Shown: piece after piece, positions 12,885 to 24,231 of the stretch
How the letters are laid out: every line of letters starts with the position of its first letter
How positions within the stretch are numbered: the first letter of the stretch is position 1
Assembly (NCBI GenBank): GCA_951406725.2
Contig: OX597815.1
Coordinates: 310,001-374,000, forward strand
Direction of reading: 5' to 3'
Length of the DNA stretch: 64,000 bases
Source of the DNA: Octopus vulgaris
Taxonomy: Eukaryota
Made by a program: the position numbers and the translations under genes
The notes under the pieces: generated by a model
The model's input: the letters and a program-made list of their open reading frames with translations, nothing else
Database searches by the model: none
What the model was told of the DNA's origin: nothing

Positions 12885-13790
12885 TAATGACAAGTGAATG
12901 AGACCTACAGAGATAATGCTGTGCTTGAAAAGACCCAGCAAGCCAAGTGAGATCATATCTGTGGCCGATGCCAGTGTCGCATAACCGACCCATTTAAAAT
13001 CACCCTTCAATTGTCAGTCAATATGCTGTGCTTGAGAAGACCTGTTGAATCAAGTGTAATCATTGTCGTGGCTGATGCCAGTACTGCCTGACTGGCACCC
13101 GTGCCAGTGGCACATAAAAAGCACCATTCAAGTGTGGTTGATGTCAGTACTGATGGCACGTAAAAAGCACCATTCGAGCATGGTCATTGCCAGTGCCCCG
13201 TGACATAAACAAGTGATGGTGGGGGACACACACATACACATATATTTCGTCGTCATCATCATACATCTGTTTTCCATGCTGGCATCATCATCGTTTAACG
13301 TCCGCTTTCCATGCTAGCATGGATTGGACGATTTTGACTGAGGGCTGGCGAACCAAATGGCTGCACCAGGCTCCAATCTTGATTTGGCAGAGTTTCTACA
13401 GCTGGATGCCCTTCCTAACTGGCATGGGGTGGACAATTTGACAGGAGCTGGCCAGCTAAAGAATAACCTGGGCTCCCTGTCTGTTTTGGTATAGCTGCTA
13501 TGGCTGGATGTCTTTCCTAATGCCAGCCACTTTACAGAGTGTACTGGGTACTTTTCTGGAGCACCAGCATGGGCGCTTACATTTGGCACTGGCATGAGTG
13601 CTTTTTACATGGCACCACCCACTCAGGGGCCCACAAGATGAAGAATGCTCAGCTGAAGTAGGATGTAGAAGACAATCCTGTATGCAAGGACAACCACAGT
13701 TTTACTTGGTTTGACATGTCTTCTCAAGCACAGCAAACCATCCCTTGTCATCTCTGTGAGGCCTAATGTCTGAAGATCCTTTCTCACCAT
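12885..13790. mobile_element. RTE 3'UTR fragments: 12885-13200 (+) and 13250-13790 (-), the latter containing a nested young tail at 13286-13418
   Basis: Array units and tail motifs; CTGGCAT duplicated around the nested piece. Confidence 0.75.
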
Positions 13791-15309
13791 GACAGGCTTC
13801 TTTCAGTTTCTGTCTATCAAATCCACTTACAAGGCAACACTTCCACACAGCTTCAGTCTATCAAATTCTCTCACAAAGCATTGGTTGGCATGGGACTCCA
13901 ATAGAAAAACTTGCTGCCCAAAGTGTTGTACTGTCATACAAAACCTGAAATCATGTTCGTTGGAAGTGGACTTGTAAACCATACATTATTTTGTGTTTTT
14001 ATTTCAGGACAGGTTTTCTCTCTAAAAGTTGAATTTTTTCTGCTTTACAATTTTCAATCTGTGTATTTGTTTTTGTGTCTTCAACAATTCATTTGTTGAA
14101 CATTTACAAAAGAAAGAAATTTCACTTGAAAAGTTTTTAAATGTTTCTTGTTTTATAAATTGTTTCCTTATTGTCTGGAACAGTTGGGCTGCAATGGAGT
14201 CATTCGGTTATCCCAGAAATAGTTTAGTTTTACTCAGCAATTCTGTTTTATTGCTGTTTTTAATAGTTTTGTTTGCAGATGTAATTTACATAAGTAGCAT
14301 CCTTTTTTGAGATGAAATAGTTTTGATATTTCCATTTGTAACAATGAGGTTTAATTGCTAATCAGAGCAACAATTATCTTGTAACAATTAATTTCAGACT
14401 GTTAGACATGTAACAGATGAAGATTGATTAGGTACGCAATAATATGAAATGTCGGAGTTAGCAGTTGTGGCGCTAAAAGTTTGTTGTTATAATGGCAAGT
14501 TGTAGGATGTTAAAGATAGACAATGCATGAAGTTTTAAGAAAGTATTTATTTACCGTTATGTTGAAAATACCTTGCCTTGATGGGCAGGTGAATAAAATC
14601 CTAGAGCATGTGAAGTAAAAAAAAGTTAATTTCGGCTTGTGTGTTCATATTGTAGTAGTGAACCATAGAAAGAAATATGGTAACGTGCACAGAAGACAAA
14701 GTGAGTGAAAGTGAGAGAATGTGGGAAGTTGGGTCTCATAGCTGCTGACAGTAAATTTCATTTCTCCATTTGGCCATTGTCTTTAGTAGCTGTCTTGCTT
14801 TGGATCATGATTCTCGCATTCCATTCCCTAACTGATTGAATTGTCATGATTCACTCAGTTGTCACCAAGTGACTACTGGTTTTTGCTTGGGGGTTCTTGC
14901 TTTTATAACTATCCAAAAGAATAGATATATCGTTGAGAACAATGGGCTTCGTTGGTGGTACTGTGATATCTCTATTCTAGCTTTTGGTGAAGTAGAAGAG
15001 GTTATAAGGGTCAAGTGGTGAAGACATTGTTTCGGGCCTAGCTAAAGGCAATCTGGCAAATGTAAAACTGCTGTCACAGCAAAAACCATTGTTCCACCAT
15101 GAGAAAAGTTCTGTTGAACTGTTAATTTAAACTTAACTATGGTGGATCGAATCCACTTCATGCTTGCAAGATTCACTGCAAACATTTCATATAAACATGA
15201 TTGAACATTCACCATCCATGTTAAACCCAATAAGACAAAATGGTTGAAGTAATATTTATTAGTGTATTTGGTGACTGTTCTTGACTCTTCATATGTATAT
15301 CTTCTCTCT

Positions 15310-15722
15310 TTTATCTTTTACTTGTTTTAGTCAGTAGTTTGTGGCCATTCTGGGGCACAATCTTCAAGAATTTTTTAGTTGAATGAATCAACTCACATTT
15401 TTTCCTGCCAACCAATGTTCTGTGAGTGAATTTGTAGACTGAAGCTGTGTGAAAGTCTTGCCTTGCACTTTGTGGGTCTTTTTTCACAAACTGCTAAGTT
15501 ATAGAGAAATAAACATACCAATACCAGTTGTCAAGCAGTGGTGGGCAACACACACAAATGTATACATATGACAGGCTTCTTTCAGTTTCTGTCTACCAAT
15601 TCCACTCACAAATCTTTGGTTAGCTGAGGCTATAAGAGAAGACACTTGCCTAAGTTGCCATACGGACAATGCAGAACTGTGTTGTTGAGAAGAAAACATC
15701 TTACCACACAGCCACGCTTATG
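15310..15722 (-). mobile_element. Older tRNA-SINE family 1 copy
   Basis: Similar to 57321-57710. Confidence 0.7.
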
Positions 15723-15741
15723 CCAATATATATATATATAT

Positions 15742-17566
15742 GTTGACATGGAGAAAGCCTTCGACAGGGTTCCCCGATCCCTTATCTGGTGGTCAATGAG
15801 GAAACTAGGGATAGATGAATGGTTAGTTAGAGCTGTGTGAGCCATGTACAGAGATGCTGCTAGTAAGGTGAGGGTTGGCATCGAGTACAGTGAAGAATTC
15901 CGGGTAGAGGTTCGGGTCCACCAAGGTTCAGTCCTCAGTCCCCTCCTATTTATCATAGTCCTCCAGGCAATAACGGAGGAATTCAAGACAGGATGCCCCT
16001 GGGAGCTCCTCTATGCTGATGACCTTGCTCTTATTGCTGAGTCACTATCAGAACTGGAGAAGTTTCAGGTGTGGAAGCTAGGTCTAGAATCGAAGGGCCT
16101 CAGAATCAATCTAGCCAAAACCAAAGTCCTAATAAGTAGGAAAGTAGACAAGTCACAAACGCCTTCAGGTAGATGGCCCTGCTCGATCTGTAAAAAAGGT
16201 GTAGGTAGAAACTCTATAAGGTGCACCAAGTGCAAGCTATGGACACATAAGAATGTCAAAGGAAGGCTAACTAGGAAAATAGTTTTTGTCTGTGGCAGAT
16301 GCTCAGGAGCAATAAACACTGAAAATGTGCAGAGACCAACGTCTACCATGTTCCAGGGAGAAAAACTAGAAGTAGTTGATAGCTTCCGCTACCTAGGTGA
16401 CAGACACGAACGGATGGTGCTTTTACAGTAGCGGGGGTGGTTGTGCTGAAAGTGTAACTGCTAGAGTAAGAATAGCCTGGGCAAAGTTTAGAGAGCTCTT
16501 ACCCCTGCTGGTGACAAAAGGCCTCTCGCTCAGAGTAAAAGGCAGACTGTATGATGCATGTGTACGTACAGTCATGCTACATGGTAGTGAAACATGGGCT
16601 GTGACTGCTGAGGATATGCGTAAGCTCGCAAGAAATGAAGCCAGTATGCTCCGATGGATGTGTAATGTCAGTGTTCATAATTGACAGAGTGTAAGTACCT
16701 TGAGAGAAAAGTTGAACCTAAGAAGCATCAGTTGTGGTGTGCAAGAGAGACGTCTGCGCTGGTATGGGCATGTGATGAGAATGGGTGAAGATAGTTGTGT
16801 GCAAAAGTGCCACACTCTAGCAGTTGGGGGAACCTGTGGAAGAGGTAGACCCAGGAAAACCTGGGACGAGGTAGTGAAGCACGACCTTCGAACTTTAGGT
16901 CTCACCAAGGAAATGACTAGAGACCGAGACCTATGGAAGTATGCTGTGCGTGAGAAGACCCGGCAAGACCAGTGAGAACAGTCAAAATCAAATCAAATCA
17001 ACATCAGTGGAAATTGCAGCTGTGGTTAAGCGAACCATCCGATCGTTTGTCCGTTGCCAGCCTCGCCAGGCCCCCGTGCCATTGGCACGTAAAAGCACCA
17101 TCCGCTCATGTCCGTTGCCAGCCTCGCCTGGCCCCTGTACTGGTGGCATGTAAAAGCACCATCCGTTCGTGTCTGTTGCCAGCCTCGCCTGGCCCCTGTG
17201 CCGTTAGCACGTAAAAGCACCATCCGTTCGTGTCCGTTGCCAGCCTCGCCTGGCCCCCGTGCCGTTGGCACGTAAAAGCACCATCCGTTCGTGTCCGTTG
17301 CCAGCCACGCCTGGCCCCCGTGCCGGTGGCACGTAAAAACACCATCCGTTCGTGGCCTTTTGCCAGCTCTGTCTGGCACCTGTGCAGGTGGCACGTAAAA
17401 AGCACCCACTACACTCACGGAGTGGTTGGCGTTAGGAAGGGCATCCAGCCGTAGAAACACTGCCAAATCTGACTGGGCCTGATGAAGTCTTCCGGCTTCA
17501 CAGACCCTAGTTAAACCGTCCAACCCATGCTAGCATGGAAGACGGACGCTAAATGATGATGATGAT
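15742..17566 (+). mobile_element. Young 5'-truncated RTE LINE flanked by (TA)n, with a 61-bp 3'UTR array
   Basis: DMEKAFDRVP, VHQGSVLSPLLF, YADD and WYGHVMRM; ORF stop at 16975; (GAT)n tail. Confidence 0.93.
17035..17406 (+). repeat. Tandem array of five ~61-bp units plus one divergent unit in the RTE 3'UTR
   Basis: Unit consensus ccatccgttcgtgtccgttgccagcctcgcctggcccccgtgccg(g/t)tggcacgtaaaagca. Confidence 0.92.
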
Positions 17567-17574
17567 ATATATAT

Positions 17575-17792
17575 CATCATCATCATCATCGTTTAACGTC
17601 CGCTTTCCATGCTAGCATGGGTTGGACGGTTTAACTGGGGTCTGTGAAGCCAGAAGGCAGCACCAGGCCCAGTCTGATCTGGCAGTGTTTCTACGGCTGG
17701 ATGCCCTTCCTAACGCCAACCACTCCGTGAGTGTAGTGGGTGCTTTTTACGTGCCACCCGCACAGGTGCCAGACGGAGCTGGCAAACGGCCA

Positions 17793-17826
<34 letters not shown>

Positions 17827-18012
17827 ATATATATATATCATCATCATTGTTTAATGTCCGCTTTCCATGCTAGCATAGCTTGGACAATTTGACTGTGGAC
17901 AGGTGAACCAGATGGCTGCACCAGGCTCCAATCTTGATCTGGCTGAGTTTCTACAGCTGGATGCCCTTCCTAACGCCAACCACTCTGATAGTGTAGTGGG
18001 TGCTTTTACGTG
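17575..18012 (-). mobile_element. Two RTE 3' tails (17575-17794 and 17838-18012) separated by (TA)n
   Basis: Each begins with (CAT)n and is the reverse complement of the family tail. Confidence 0.88.
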
Positions 18013-18044
18013 CACATTTTGTGTTTCCTCCCCCACAGCTAATT

Positions 18045-18545
18045 GGGTCACCTAGGTAGCAGAAATTATCTACTACCTTTAACCCTTTAGTATTTAAACC
18101 GGCCATATCCGGCCAAAATAGTTAATCTGTTTTATGTTGAAACTGACCAGATCCAGGCTCTCACACCTACCCTACAATGTTATTCTACATTAAGTAATTA
18201 CACTATCAAGATCTTGAAGATATGAAATAATGCATGATTAATTCAAATCAATGGGAATCAATAAGCATTATGTTTGATAGAATAATCTGAACACTAAAGG
18301 GTTAAAGAGCCTCTGGGGCATTTGAGAAAATCAGTTTCCTAAGTATCTATAGTTTTTATAGCTCCTGTGCAACTTCCACATACAAACACTACCTTCTCTG
18401 ATAATCTTCCTATTATTCAACTGTTCTTCTTTTGTGTGCACAACTTGCATTGAGTACACCATATGGAATTCCTGCCTACACCTTTTCTATATAGTGAGCA
18501 AAGCCATTTACCTGATGGAGAAAGGGTCCTGTCCATTTTCTTGCT
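18045..18545 (-). mobile_element. Old RTE RT fragment interrupted by a MITE
   Basis: Reverse complement of the GKWLCSLYRKGVGRNSI to DNFCYLGD region, continuous across the MITE. Confidence 0.7.
18083..18301. mobile_element. piggyBac-type MITE (~220 bp)
   Basis: TTAA|CCCTTTAG ... CTAAAGGG|TTAA. Confidence 0.85.
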
Positions 18546-18560
18546 TATATATATATATAT

Positions 18561-18713
18561 GGTGCAGGAGTTGCTGTGTGGTAAGTTGCTGGCTTACCAA
18601 CCACATGCTTCCGGGTTCATTCCCATTGTGTGGCACCTTGGACAAGTGTCTTCTACTTATAACCAAAGCCTTGTGAGTGGATTTGGTAGACGGAAACTGA
18701 AAGAAGCCCATCG

Positions 18714-18782
<69 letters not shown>

Positions 18783-18990
18783 TTGTGTGTCGGTGTTTGT
18801 TCCCCCCCAACATCACTTGACAACTGATGCTGTTGTGTTTACATCCCTGTAACTTAACGGTTTGGCAAAAGAGACCGATAGAATAAGTACTAGGCTTACA
18901 AAGAATAAGTCCTAGGATCGATTTGCTCGACTAAAGACAGTGCTCCAGCATGGCCACAGTCAAATGACTGAAACAAGTAAAAGAGTAAAG
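18561..18990 (+). mobile_element. tRNA-SINE family 1 (CORE-like) with internal microsatellite
   Basis: A-box-like tgtgtggtaag, B-box-like gggttcattccc, ccttggacaagt, internal (TG)/(TA), and tail gactgaaacaagtaaaagag. Confidence 0.85.
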
Positions 18991-19023
18991 CATGTGTGTG
19001 TGTGTATATATATGTATGTAATA

Positions 19024-19928
19024 CTAGACTACCCATGACCTGTTGGGTCACTGACAGTTCAGGTTATAAAACATTGAAGCTGATTTCAACATTCCATTGA
19101 AATGAAAGTTAATTTTATGATGATTCAGTGAAATATTTCAGTTTGTTTGTGTCATTATGAGTCTGGTTTACAAGACATCATGTTTCAACTGTCCAATTCA
19201 GGATCTCCTGCTTCTCTCTCTTTCCCTTTGTTCTGCCAGACACTCAGCTCTTCCTTTATCAATCTCATTGATCTTTCTATTTGTGTGCCTGTCCCAATCT
19301 TGTTGACATTCACCACTATCTCGCTCACCTTCTTCAGCTTTCCTTAACTATAATCTCTTCCCACTATCTATAGACTAACCGGATATTTTCTTTCTTCTTC
19401 GTCGAGGCATGATCTAAGAATAGAAAATCATATTCACCTTAGAAGAAATTCCTATTACCTCAAGAAACCTTTTTTTAAAAATCATCCCTTAGAAACATTT
19501 CTAAATAATTAAAATATCTTTGTAAAGAAAGCTGAATATAAATATTTACTCTACAAACAACTTGTATTTTTCAAATCATATTGACTTAGAAATACTTTTT
19601 AATAATTAAAATATTGTCTGTTTAAAGAAAACTGAAATAAAAATACTCACTGTACAAACAATTTGTATTTTTAGGGTTATGTTACCTTCAGGGTATTTTC
19701 CCATTATGTACTGTTTTGGTTATTTATGAAGGCACCCCCAAAAACCCCCACATATCTCGGGAATCCGTGGTCTGATTTACGTGAAACGTGTTTTATTCCT
19801 TTTGTATTCACATTTCAAGGGTATCTTAATTGCAGAGCATTTTCCCATTATGCACCAGTTTGGCTGTATTAAATTACAGACAAGCACGCATGCAAGCAAG
19901 CAATTACAGAGTTTTAGTAGTTTATGGA
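19024..19928 (-). mobile_element. Non-autonomous Helitron
   Basis: Minus strand reads A|TC...CTAG|T, with a subterminal hairpin tgacc-caaca-ggtca 8 nt before CTAG and no TSD. Internal ~95-bp tandem duplication at ~19478-19672. Confidence 0.7.
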
Positions 19929-20584
19929 TACATACACAAAATATAAATAATAGTTTTGTGAATGTATACAACAACCACTTTTCAATATGTGTGAAAGCAG
20001 ATGACTGAGTAGGATTTTGAGAAGTTGTGCCATTATAAAGAGAAGCAGGTGTGTGATGATGACAATGATAACGACTTTGTAATTAGAAAGTGGGAAGGGC
20101 TTCTTTATTTTTGATGGGTTGATTGAGGTAAAGAGGATAATAAAAGCAAGTAGTCAAGTTGTGTACATTTTCTGGGTACAACATTATGTTTGAGGTAGAT
20201 TTTAAATCAATACCCCAAGATACAAAATCCATTACTGTTTTGAAGGCTTGGTGTCCTATTTTCTTGGTGCATAAATGTTTATTTAGTGACCAGCTGTCAA
20301 AAGCACAAACATGCAGATTAAACTATCCACTTAAGTAATATCAGTTGACTATTCTATGCCATTAATTAGAGAAGGAATCTGGGTATGTTTTTTGAGGTGT
20401 AGGGAATAAACTGTGAAATGGTCTCCCCCCCCCCCTTTTTTTTTTCTACAAATCAGAAACCTAGGAATGTATTTGTTTCTATAATTTCCTGTAACAGCTA
20501 GGGTTTCAAATATTTAAATCTATTTCAGTCCTCATTCACACTGTGTTGTGTGTATGTATATAAAATTATATTACTTTCTATCTT

Positions 20585-20945
20585 TTAATTTTTACTAGTT
20601 TCAGTCTTTAGACTGCAGCCATGCTGGGGCACCACCTTGGAGAATTTTTGGGTTAAATGAATAAACCTCAGTATTTATTCTTTTGAGCCTGGTACATATT
20701 CTATCAGTTTCTTTTGCCAAACTGCTAAGTTACAGGGACATACACACTAGCACCAGTTGACAAGCAGTGGTGGGGGACAATCACGCACACATATATGACA
20801 GTCTTCTTTCAGTTTCTATCTACCAGATCCACTCGCAAGCCTTTGGTTGGTCCAAGGCTATAATAGAAGTCACTTGCCCAAGGTGCTATGCAATGCAGTG
20901 GGACTGAACCCAGAACCATGTGGCTGGGAAGCAAACTTTTTATCA
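20585..20945 (-). mobile_element. tRNA-SINE family 1, older copy
   Basis: Similar to 57321-57710. Confidence 0.75.
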
Positions 20946-21199
20946 CTGGATTGTCAGATAAATGTGTATGTCCTTTTTACTATTTATATAAATCTTTATT
21001 TTTCACCAACAATTTTCAGCAAATCAATCTGTAATATATTCTCCTTCATTGTTTGTGACTTAATGTTCCACTGGCTTGTCCAGTGCCTTGGTGGCAGAAA
21101 CCACCAAGTCTTTAATTGAAGAATCCATCAAGCTGTGTTTTCAACTCCACATCATTGTTGAATGAAACCCCTCACAGACTGTTTGAGAGTGACTGAAAA

Positions 21200-21725
21200 C
21201 AAGGTGATAATCTGGTAGTGAGGTGTGGGCTTTGAATGCAGAGGACCTGCAAAAGCTGGTGAGGAATGAGGCCAGAGAAGACTGTGCTGGTTTGGTCATG
21301 GGATGTTGACAGATGTAGACAGTTCTGTAAAGAAGTGCCGACCATTCAAAGCAGATGGAATTTGTGGTAGAGGGAGACCCAAGAAGAGATGGGATGAAGG
21401 ATTGAAGAATGACCTCAAGGCACTGAACCTTACAGAGATGACGACAAAAGACCAAGACATCTGGTGCCTTACCATACTCAAGAAGACTTGTTCTCTACAG
21501 CAGAAACGTCAATGCCACTGCCCCTGCAAAAGCCCTGTGCTGGTGCCTCATAAAAGGCACCCAACACGCTTTTTAAAGTGGTTGGTGTTAGGAAGAGCAT
21601 CCATCTGTTGAAACCAAGCCAAATCAGACCGAAATCTGGTGCAGCTCTCCTATTTGCCAGTCAAACCATCCAACCCAGGCTAGCATGGAAGACACATGTT
21701 AAAGGATGATGATGAGGATGATGAA
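21200..21725 (+). mobile_element. Diverged RTE 3' fragment
   Basis: CGRGRPKKRWDE plus tail and (GAT)n. Confidence 0.75.
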
Positions 21726-21800
21726 TAAAAATATTTGACATGTTAATTCAAATAATATTGGAAAGAAATGAATGAATTTATCAGACAATCCAAAATATAT

Positions 21801-21986
21801 TACTCTTTTATTTGTTTCAGTCATTTGACTGCGGCCATGCTGGAGCACCGCCTTTAGTCGAGCAAATCGACCCTGGGACTTATTCTTTGTAAGCCCAGTA
21901 CTTATTCTATCAGTCTCTTTTGCCGAACCGCTAAGTGACGGGGACGTAAACACACCAGCATCGGTTGTCAAGCAATGCTAGGGGGA

Positions 21987-22054
<68 letters not shown>

Positions 22055-22200
22055 CATATATATGACAGGCTTCTTTCAGTTTCCGTCTACCAAATCCACT
22101 CACAATGCATTGGTCGGCCTGGGGCTATAGCAGAAGACACTTGCCCAAGATGCCACGTGGTTGGTTAGCAAGCTACTTACCACACAGCCACTCCTGCGCC
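21801..22200 (-). mobile_element. Young tRNA-SINE family 1 copy with a small deletion in the head
   Basis: Near-identical to 57321-57710 apart from missing B-box sequence. Confidence 0.88.
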
Positions 22201-22664
22201 TATATGTGCATAAAAGTAATGCAAGTGATTATATACCTGGGGAAAAGAGGGGTTAGGGTTGTGATTGGAGTTCCTTGAGACACTGAAGTCTGACTTAACA
22301 ATTTTTCTTCAGCAGAACAAATGTAAATGGACACAAGTTAACTTCTGGAGTATTATCATGTTTCTTCATCTGGAAATATCTTTTCTCTTGAATCACTAAC
22401 TTCTCTAAAATTGCTGACAACTTGAAAACATTGTATTTTAGTTGGTACTTCTATAGTAACATGTAGCTGTGCTCCATTATGGCCATACACTAATAATTGA
22501 AACAAACTAAAGAACCATCTGACATTGATTCTGTCTTTGAAATACACAGTTGTTTTTTTTGTTTTGTTTTTTGTGTTACTATCAACCGTCATTCCCTCTT
22601 CCCAGGTTATTCCTTTATTAATATCCATTGTAGTTGTGATAAATTGTAAAACTTGTAGTTGTGA

Positions 22665-24182
22665 TACCTGTGCCGGTGGCATGTAAAAAGCACCATCCGA
22701 ACGTGGCCGATGCCAGTGCTGCCTTGACTGGCTTCTGTGCCGGTGGCACGTAAAAAGCACCAACCGATTGTGGCTGCTGCCAGCCTCCTCTGACACCTGT
22801 GCCGGTGGCACGTAAAAAGCACCCACTACACTCACGGAGTGGTTGGCATTAGGAAGGGCATCCAGCTGTAGAAACACTGCCAGATCAGACTGGAGCCTGG
22901 TGCAGCCTCCTGGCTTCCCAGACCCCGGTCGAACCGTCCAACCCGTGCTAACATGGAAAACGGCCGGATCCCTCTTTTATCATCACTCATGCTCACTCTT
23001 ACCACTTAACATTACCTCACTTTATTGCCAGCCAACACTTCCTCTCTCTCTGCTCCTGACCATCACAGTTTCCTTTCCATCACTCCTAGCACCGTTTCTC
23101 TTATACTTTTGCCCTCCTCCTCCTCACAGCCACCCCATAACACCATACTCCCCCCCCCCCCCATCAAGCTATCACTTCTTTCTCGCTCTCATCTTTTTTC
23201 ATTTACTGCTACTGCCTTCTCTTCTATGCGCTTCATTGGACAGTGTAAATCAGTGGTGACCTCTTTTGTCTTGTGGGGTACAAAGTAACCTCCCCTGTGC
23301 TGCTACCCTGATAAAATACCCTCAGTGCACTCTGTATAGTGGTTGGTGTTAGGAAGGGCATTCAGCTGTAGGTATCAAGCTGAAATAAAATGTACAAGCA
23401 TGACATGGTCGCTCAACAGGAACTACTGTGACAACCAATGACAGCAGGAAAAGCAGATGTCAAACAATGACAATGGCTAGTCATTTTCATTGAAGCAATT
23501 ATTTTTAGAGCTGCTATGACCTTCTAAAGTTTTCTCACTATTTAACTAGATCCCTACTTGGCCTAACCTCACCAATATGTTGGCTGTTGCTATTATCACC
23601 CAGATCCAGTAGGTTCTGTGATGAAAATCATTCCAGTTATGACCATGCCATAAACTTTTTCTTTCAAATTTATGCTTTTTGAAGATGGTAAGGTGTGATT
23701 AAGTTGAAAGTTACTGCTGTTTATAACAGGTCAAGCACAGGTCCTTCATCATGCCCCTCTGCAAACATCAAGAGACAAACTGGGTGTCTCAGTTTCCAAA
23801 TTGTTATTCCATTCCAATTATCCATTCTCTGAATATTTCAGATTCATAATAGTTTCTAACATTAACACAAGATCACATAGTTGCAGGCTGACAATTGTAG
23901 TTCATTAAATTAACACCAGTATGTTGTTGGTATCTGATTAAAAGCACAAAAAGTGCTGTGCTACATAAAAAGCACGGCTGTTGCTGGTACCATGCTAGAA
24001 GTCCTGGTGACGGTTCCAAGTAATAAGCACCTAGTACACTCTGTAAAGTGATTGGTTTTAGGAAGAGCATTGAACTGTAGAAACCATACCAGAACAAACA
24101 ATAGAACCTGGCGCTTCCATCAGCCTTACACAGCTCCTGTCAAGCCATCCAGGAAAAAGGGACATTAATTGATGATGATGGT
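22665..24182 (+). mobile_element. RTE tails (22665-22965, ~23290-23475, ~23990-24182) and a pyrimidine-rich segment (22970-23290)
   Basis: Array units and tail motifs of differing divergence. Confidence 0.7.
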
Positions 24183-24231
24183 ATGTTTTTGGTCGAATTT
24201 GAACGTGAAGCCAAGAGGAACACCATAAATT

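Noticed and set aside
14340-15280. Possible ancient LINE RT C-terminus on the minus strand
   Set aside because: The motifs are too degraded to support a call.
17026-17523. Repetitive ORFs in several frames over the RTE array and tail
   Set aside because: These are by-products of a GC-rich 61-bp repeat whose period is not a multiple of 3; no protein signature.
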